This document shows, one piece after another, positions 59,713 to 64,000 of a stretch of DNA of 64,000 nucleotides. The position numbers and the translations under genes are program-made. The notes beneath the pieces are model-generated. The model searched no databases and was not told where the DNA came from. It worked only from the letters and a program-made list of their open reading frames with translations. Source of the stretch: Patescibacteria group bacterium (GTDB taxonomy: Bacteria > Patescibacteriota > Saccharimonadia > Saccharimonadales > Saccharimonadaceae); contig JAIUPJ010000001.1 in assembly GCA_020160975.1 (NCBI GenBank), forward strand, positions 907,551-971,550, read 5' to 3'. Within the stretch, counting starts at the first letter, position 1; every line of letters begins with the position of its first letter.

Positions 59713-61338
59713 ATGAATAAGGTTGCGTCCTACTTGCGCGGGCATATTAGCGGCGAGGTAACGACCCGTGACGATGTGCGTGAGGCAATGAGCATCGACG
59801 GTGGCGTGTTGCGGTTGAAGCCAGACATGGTGATTTATCCGCGTAACACCAACGATGTCCGTAAAGTCGCGAGATTTAGCTGGCAACTAGCTGAGAAGGG
59901 GCACGTGTTGCCAGTGACAGTGCGTGGAGCGGGGACTGACGCCACGGGTGCGGCGATCGGCAAAGGCGTCTCGCTCGTCACGACCGCACATATGAATCGC
60001 TTGTTTGAATACGATGCGAAGCAAAAACTAGTTCGTCTACAACCAGGCGTTACAATCGGAGCACTCAACCAAGGGCTGGCGTTGCACGGTGCAAACATTA
60101 TGGCGCTGGTCGGCTCTCACCCCTATGGTACCGTTGGCGGAGCGATTGCGAGCGCCACAACCGGACGGTTGGCGGGCAAGTACCAGACTATTGAGCCAGC
60201 AATTGACCAGCTAGAGGTGGTACTGGCAAATGGCGATGTCCTGCAAACCAAACGTATCAACAAACGCGAGCTCAGTAAAATCAAGGGTGAGCAGAGCTTT
60301 GTGGGCGATATCTACCGTGGGATTGACCGGATTATAGAAGATTATGCCGAGGTCTTGGACACGCTGCGATCAAACGATGCCGTCGGCTATAATACTATCG
60401 CGGATGTGAAACAAAAGGACGGGAGCTTCGACTTGACACCACTGTTTGTGGGTAGCCAAGGCACGCTAGGGATTGTCACTGAAATGATCATGAAAGCGGA
60501 GTTCCGTAGTCTTCACACTGCCGTCGCTGCTTTGACCTTTGACAGCAGTAATGCCGCTCGAGATGCAATCGATGATCTTTGCAAGCTAAGCCCGGCTTTT
60601 GTAGAGTATTTCGATGCACAGCTTTTCGATACAGCGGCGAAGGCTGGTCGTGAGTATGCATTCTATGCTGAGGCAGCGTCTACGCTCACTCCGGCATCAG
60701 TGATTATTGTCGGGTTCGATGATTTTAGCGAACGACACCGTGCAAAACACCTTAAGCGACTTACCAAGCGATGGGGAAAGAGTGAGGGCGTCGTGCTGGC
60801 ATCAGCCGATGGCGACAAGGCAGAGGACATTCTCGCTGCGCTTGATGTTGCTCACTATACGATGTGGCCCGACCAAGCTACTGGCGCCACGCCACGTCTG
60901 TTTGGCGGCTTTCATGTGCCAACTGAGCGACTCGAGGATTTCGCACGCGGTCTCGAGCTACTCGCAGACAAAGAGCACGTCGACCTGCCATTGGCTGGTC
61001 ACGCGTATACAAATACCTACAGCGTGTACCCCACGCTATCTCTCAGCAAAGTTGGTGACAAACAAAAAATCTTTAAGCTGCTTGATGAACTGACAAAACT
61101 TGTGTATGACCACAGTGGCACGATGCTCGCGGAAGGCGGCGAAGGTCGAGTGAAGGCAAAATTTGTCTACAGCCATCTAGACGACAAGCTGGTCCAGATG
61201 TACGACGAGATTCGCAACGTATGCGATCCACGCGGGACGCTGAACCCCGGCGTCAAGCAAGTCAACGAAGTACGACAGCTGGCTGAAATTCTTCGTGACC
61301 ACCACGAGGCAGGCCAAAACGCTCGGTATGGACTGTAG
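59713..61338 (+). CDS. FAD-linked oxidase (GlcD/D-lactate dehydrogenase-like, PCMH-type FAD-binding domain)
   Basis: 541 aa. N-terminal FAD-binding segment (VIYPRNTNDV...VTVRGAGTDATGAAIG) and a C-terminal FAD-oxidase domain. Confidence 0.8.
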   Translation: MNKVASYLRGHISGEVTTRDDVREAMSIDGGVLRLKPDMVIYPRNTNDVRKVARFSWQLAEKGHVLPVTVRGAGTDATGAAIGKGVSLVTTAHMNRLFEYDAKQKLVRLQPGVTIGALNQGLALHGANIMALVGSHPYGTVGGAIASATTGRLAGKYQTIEPAIDQLEVVLANGDVLQTKRINKRELSKIKGEQSFVGDIYRGIDRIIEDYAEVLDTLRSNDAVGYNTIADVKQKDGSFDLTPLFVGSQGTLGIVTEMIMKAEFRSLHTAVAALTFDSSNAARDAIDDLCKLSPAFVEYFDAQLFDTAAKAGREYAFYAEAASTLTPASVIIVGFDDFSERHRAKHLKRLTKRWGKSEGVVLASADGDKAEDILAALDVAHYTMWPDQATGATPRLFGGFHVPTERLEDFARGLELLADKEHVDLPLAGHAYTNTYSVYPTLSLSKVGDKQKIFKLLDELTKLVYDHSGTMLAEGGEGRVKAKFVYSHLDDKLVQMYDEIRNVCDPRGTLNPGVKQVNEVRQLAEILRDHHEAGQNARYGL

Positions 61339-61350
61339 CAGGCACTCAAG

Positions 61351-61818
61351 CTAGTTCAGAGGAATTGTTGTGCGATTAGTGATACCTAATCGCTTTGCCT
61401 CTCCAGCGTTGATTTCTATCACCGTCCTCGCATCGCTGAAGAGGGGATTCGAAAAGATGGTCTTTGGGTAGCTCGAGGGTTGGGCATCGTGCACAACATA
61501 AATCACACGGTTGTCTTTGTCGAGCCAGAGGATATCGATCGGGTAGCTCATGCCTTTCATCCATATTGTCATCTGCCCTTTGCCGTGAAACAGCATGCCG
61601 TAGCGTGGGGGCAGCGTCGGTACCGCACTGAGGCCAAGGCGCTTTTCCTCATCGGTGCGGGTTTCGAGCAGCGTAAAGTCTTTGCTGCCGATCCGCGCTA
61701 TCAGTCGTGGGTAAGTCGGTAATCTCGGAGTGTTGTCGGTGGGCATAGGACGCACGATTGCCGCTAGTAAGAAAGCTCCGATACTCATCAGCACAACACT
61801 AACCCAAAACCTCAGCAT
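61351..61818 (-). CDS. DUF192-family secreted/membrane-anchored protein
   Basis: Conserved DUF192 block LGLSAV..L....GMLFHGK.....IWMKGMSYPIDILWLD. The ORF extends to 61932, but the Met at 61816-18 followed by a TM helix is the more plausible start. Confidence 0.6.
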   Translation of the reverse strand: MLRFWVSVVLMSIGAFLLAAIVRPMPTDNTPRLPTYPRLIARIGSKDFTLLETRTDEEKRLGLSAVPTLPPRYGMLFHGKGQMTIWMKGMSYPIDILWLDKDNRVIYVVHDAQPSSYPKTIFSNPLFSDARTVIEINAGEAKRLGITNRTTIPLN

Positions 61819-62182
61819 GATGCCTTCTAGTATAGCGTAGTAGGAGGTGATACCTAAAAAAGACGAGCATACACTCGTCTCTTTACTCTGAAATGGTTCG
61901 GATAGGAGGACTTGGTCGCGGTTACGCCACACCGAAAGTCAAGCAAGTGAGCTTAGCTCATTTGTGAAGTTTCCTTGCAAAGCTACCTCGAGTCACTTCT
62001 CACCTCCACGACGTGTCGATTCGAGTTCTTAAATTGATACCATCGAAAAATTTGAGTACTATGGCGGAAAATCGTTCTAAACGAAACAGAAGCCGGGGAG
62101 GTCGGCACCATGCTCACTACCTATAATTCAGCTTTTAATGCATTCAGTTATATAAAAGCATATATCTCTAGTGTGAATGTAT

Positions 62183-62211
62183 TGACAACCCCAACCATAA
62201 CCATAATAATG
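62183..62211 (+). promoter_or_regulatory. candidate promoter (TTGACA-N17-AATAAT) for the repeat-protein gene
   Basis: ttgaca accccaaccataaccat aataat. GGGAG RBS at about 62264 and ATG at 62278. Confidence 0.35.
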
Positions 62212-62277
62212 AAAAGCAATTGTTTGATGCGAGCAAACAAAAAGTGAGAGACAACTAAATAGAGGGAGTAGAAGTGC

Positions 62278-64000
62278 ATGACAGCGCTCGCATCCAAGTT
62301 CGGGGTGAATACTAAAAAGCATACACAGGCCAAATTGTGGCAACGCATAGCAACGCTACTGACAGCGTTTGTTCTGATGGGTAGCGCGCTGGCGCAGATC
62401 GCACAGGCGGCGCCAGGTGATTACGTGTGGCAGAAGGCGGAGACGAATCTGATCGGAGACCAGAGCAACTGGTACTCCATCGCTAGCTCCAGCGACGGCA
62501 GCAAGCTCGCCGCGGTCGTGTCGGGCGGCTTCATCTACACCTCATCCGACTCCGGTGCCACCTGGACGGAGCAAACCGCCGCCGGCTCGCGTTACTGGCA
62601 ATCCATCGCTAGCTCCAGCGACGGCACGAAGCTCGCCGCGGTCGAATCAGAGTGGAACGGCACCAACTATGTCGGCTCCGTCTACACCTCATCCGACTCC
62701 GGCGCCACCTGGACGGAGCGCACCGCCGCCGGCTCGCGTAGCTGGTACTCCATCGCCAGCTCCAGCGACGGCACGAAGCTCGCCGCGGTTGACTATGGCG
62801 GCTTCGTCTACACCTCATCCGATTCCGGTGCCACCTGGACGGAGCAAACCGCCGCCGGCTCGCGTTACTGGTACTCCATTGCCAGCTCTAGCGACGGCAG
62901 CAAGCTCGCCGCGGTCGTGTCGGGCGGCTCCGTCTACACCTCATCCGATTCCGGTGCCACCTGGACGGAGCAAACCGCCGCCGGCTCGCGTAGCTGGTAC
63001 TCCATCGCTAGCTCCAGCGACGGCAGCAAGCTCACTGCGGTCGTGTCGTACGGCTCTGTCTACACCTCATCCGACTCTGGCGCCACATGGACGGAGCGCA
63101 CCGCCGCCGGTCCGGGTAGCTGGTACTCCATCGCCAGCTCTAGCGACGGCACGAAGCTCGCCGCGGTCGCCTACGGCGGCTCCCTCTACACCTCATCCGA
63201 TTCTGGTGCTACCTGGACGGAGCGCACCGCCGGCGGCTCGCGTAACTGGCGATCCATCGCTAGCTCCAGCGACGGCACGAAACTCGCCGCGGTCGAGTCG
63301 GGCGGCTCCCTCTACACCTCATCCGATTCTGGTGCTACCTGGACGGAGCGCACCGCCGGCGGCTCGCGTTACTGGTCCTCCATCGCCAGCTCCAGCGACG
63401 GCAGCAAGCTCGCCGCGGTCGTTTTGGGCGGCTCCGTCTACACCTCATCCGACTCTGGCGCCACCTGGACGGAGCGCACCGCCGCCGGCTCGCGTTACTG
63501 GTCCTCCATCGCCAGCTCCAGCGACGGCAGCAAGCTCGCGGCGGTCGAATCGGGCGGCTCCGTCTACACCTCATCCGACTCCGGCGCCACCTGGACGGAG
63601 CGCACCGCCGCCGGCTCGCGTAACTGGTCCTCCATCGCCAGCTCTAGCGACGGCAGTAAGCTGGTCGCGGCGGTCGCCTACGGCGGCTCCCTCTACACCT
63701 CATCCGATTCTGGTGTTACCTGGACGGAGCGCACCGCCGCCGGCTCACGTGACTGGTACTCCATCGCCAGCTCCAGCGACGGCAGCAAGCTCGCCGCGGT
63801 CGTTTGGGGCGGCTCCGTCTACACTTCGTCCGATTCCGGCGCCACTTGGACGGAGCAAACCGTCGCCGGCTCGCGTGACTGGTACTCCATCGCCAGCTCC
63901 AGCGACGGCAGCAAGCTCGCCGCGGTCGTTTGGGGCGGCTCCGTCTACACTTCGTCCGATTCCGGCGCCACTTGGACGGAGCAAACCGTCGCCGGCTCGC
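62278..64000 (+). CDS. secreted Asp-box (BNR) repeat beta-propeller-type protein; 5' part only, continues beyond the window end
   Basis: Own translation: signal peptide MTALASKFGVNTKKHTQAKLWQRIATLLTAFVLMGSALAQIAQA|AP..., then about 12 tandem ~42-aa units, each W(Y/S)SIASSSDG(S/T)KLAAV..GG.(V/L)YTSSDSGATWTE(Q/R)TAAGSR.. and each carrying an S-x-D-x-G-x-T-W Asp box. No stop before 64000, hence absent from the ORF track. Confidence 0.75.
   Translation, partial: MTALASKFGVNTKKHTQAKLWQRIATLLTAFVLMGSALAQIAQAAPGDYVWQKAETNLIGDQSNWYSIASSSDGSKLAAVVSGGFIYTSSDSGATWTEQTAAGSRYWQSIASSSDGTKLAAVESEWNGTNYVGSVYTSSDSGATWTERTAAGSRSWYSIASSSDGTKLAAVDYGGFVYTSSDSGATWTEQTAAGSRYWYSIASSSDGSKLAAVVSGGSVYTSSDSGATWTEQTAAGSRSWYSIASSSDGSKLTAVVSYGSVYTSSDSGATWTERTAAGPGSWYSIASSSDGTKLAAVAYGGSLYTSSDSGATWTERTAGGSRNWRSIASSSDGTKLAAVESGGSLYTSSDSGATWTERTAGGSRYWSSIASSSDGSKLAAVVLGGSVYTSSDSGATWTERTAAGSRYWSSIASSSDGSKLAAVESGGSVYTSSDSGATWTERTAAGSRNWSSIASSSDGSKLVAAVAYGGSLYTSSDSGVTWTERTAAGSRDWYSIASSSDGSKLAAVVWGGSVYTSSDSGATWTEQTVAGSRDWYSIASSSDGSKLAAVVWGGSVYTSSDSGATWTEQTVAGS
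62467..64000 (+). repeat. tandem array of near-identical ~126-bp (one 150-bp) coding repeats, GC-rich
   Basis: The sequence tggtactccatcgc(t/c)agctccagcgacggca(g/c)(c/g)aagctcgccgcggtc...tacacctcatccga(c/t)tc(c/t)gg(t/c)gccacctggacggagc recurs about 12 times at >90% identity. Confidence 0.85.

Noticed and set aside
62609-63984. Minus-strand Arg/Cys-rich ORFs (69-79 aa, CRRSRPSRP...)
   Set aside because: They are antisense shadows of the GC-rich Asp-box repeat gene, and repeat with the same 126-bp period.

Overview
This is a ~64 kb chromosomal segment that is almost entirely housekeeping genes. The bulk DNA is about 50% GC, with three GC-rich islands of about 60-65%.

I call about 58 protein-coding genes and one tRNA-Leu. 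There are no rRNA genes, no CRISPR array and no intact IS element or prophage.

Gene content, in order along the window:
- A pentose-phosphate and glycolysis block: gap, rpiB, rpe, a split transketolase, class II fba, and two PfkB kinases.
- DNA replication and repair genes: uvrB, dnaE, radA, recG.
- Translation genes: gatCAB, tyrS, rplS, rsmD.
- Type IV pilus parts: two pilins and a PilB-type ATPase.
- A queuosine salvage trio: yhhQ, tgt, queA.
- nusA, followed by clpC-radA-yacL in Firmicutes-like order.
- A class A PBP, aminopeptidase N and a malic enzyme.

Several traits suggest a Gram-positive-type, reduced-genome organism, possibly from the Saccharibacteria/CPR group: the split transketolase, type IV pili, the clpC-radA-yacL order, CIRCE, and the fused rnhB-yraN. 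That placement is inference only.

The most interesting points:
- A perfect CIRCE (HrcA) operator sits inside the clpC promoter.
- A 120-bp element flanked by 10-bp inverted repeats is inserted in frame in recG. It looks like a MITE or Rickettsia-palindromic-element type insertion.
- A 1.2-kb stretch with no credible ORF is packed with perfect hairpins. It sits between a DUF1524 nuclease gene and yhhQ, and carries its own minus-strand promoter and terminator.
- Three GC-rich islands look foreign: a flotillin gene, a small YeaQ-like membrane protein, and a secreted Asp-box repeat protein with near-identical 126-bp tandem repeats.
- Two gene fusions: RNase HII-YraN, and an unknown N-terminal domain joined to a PfkB kinase.
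- A TM protein with an Rx4H (HEPN-like) motif is embedded in gatCAB.
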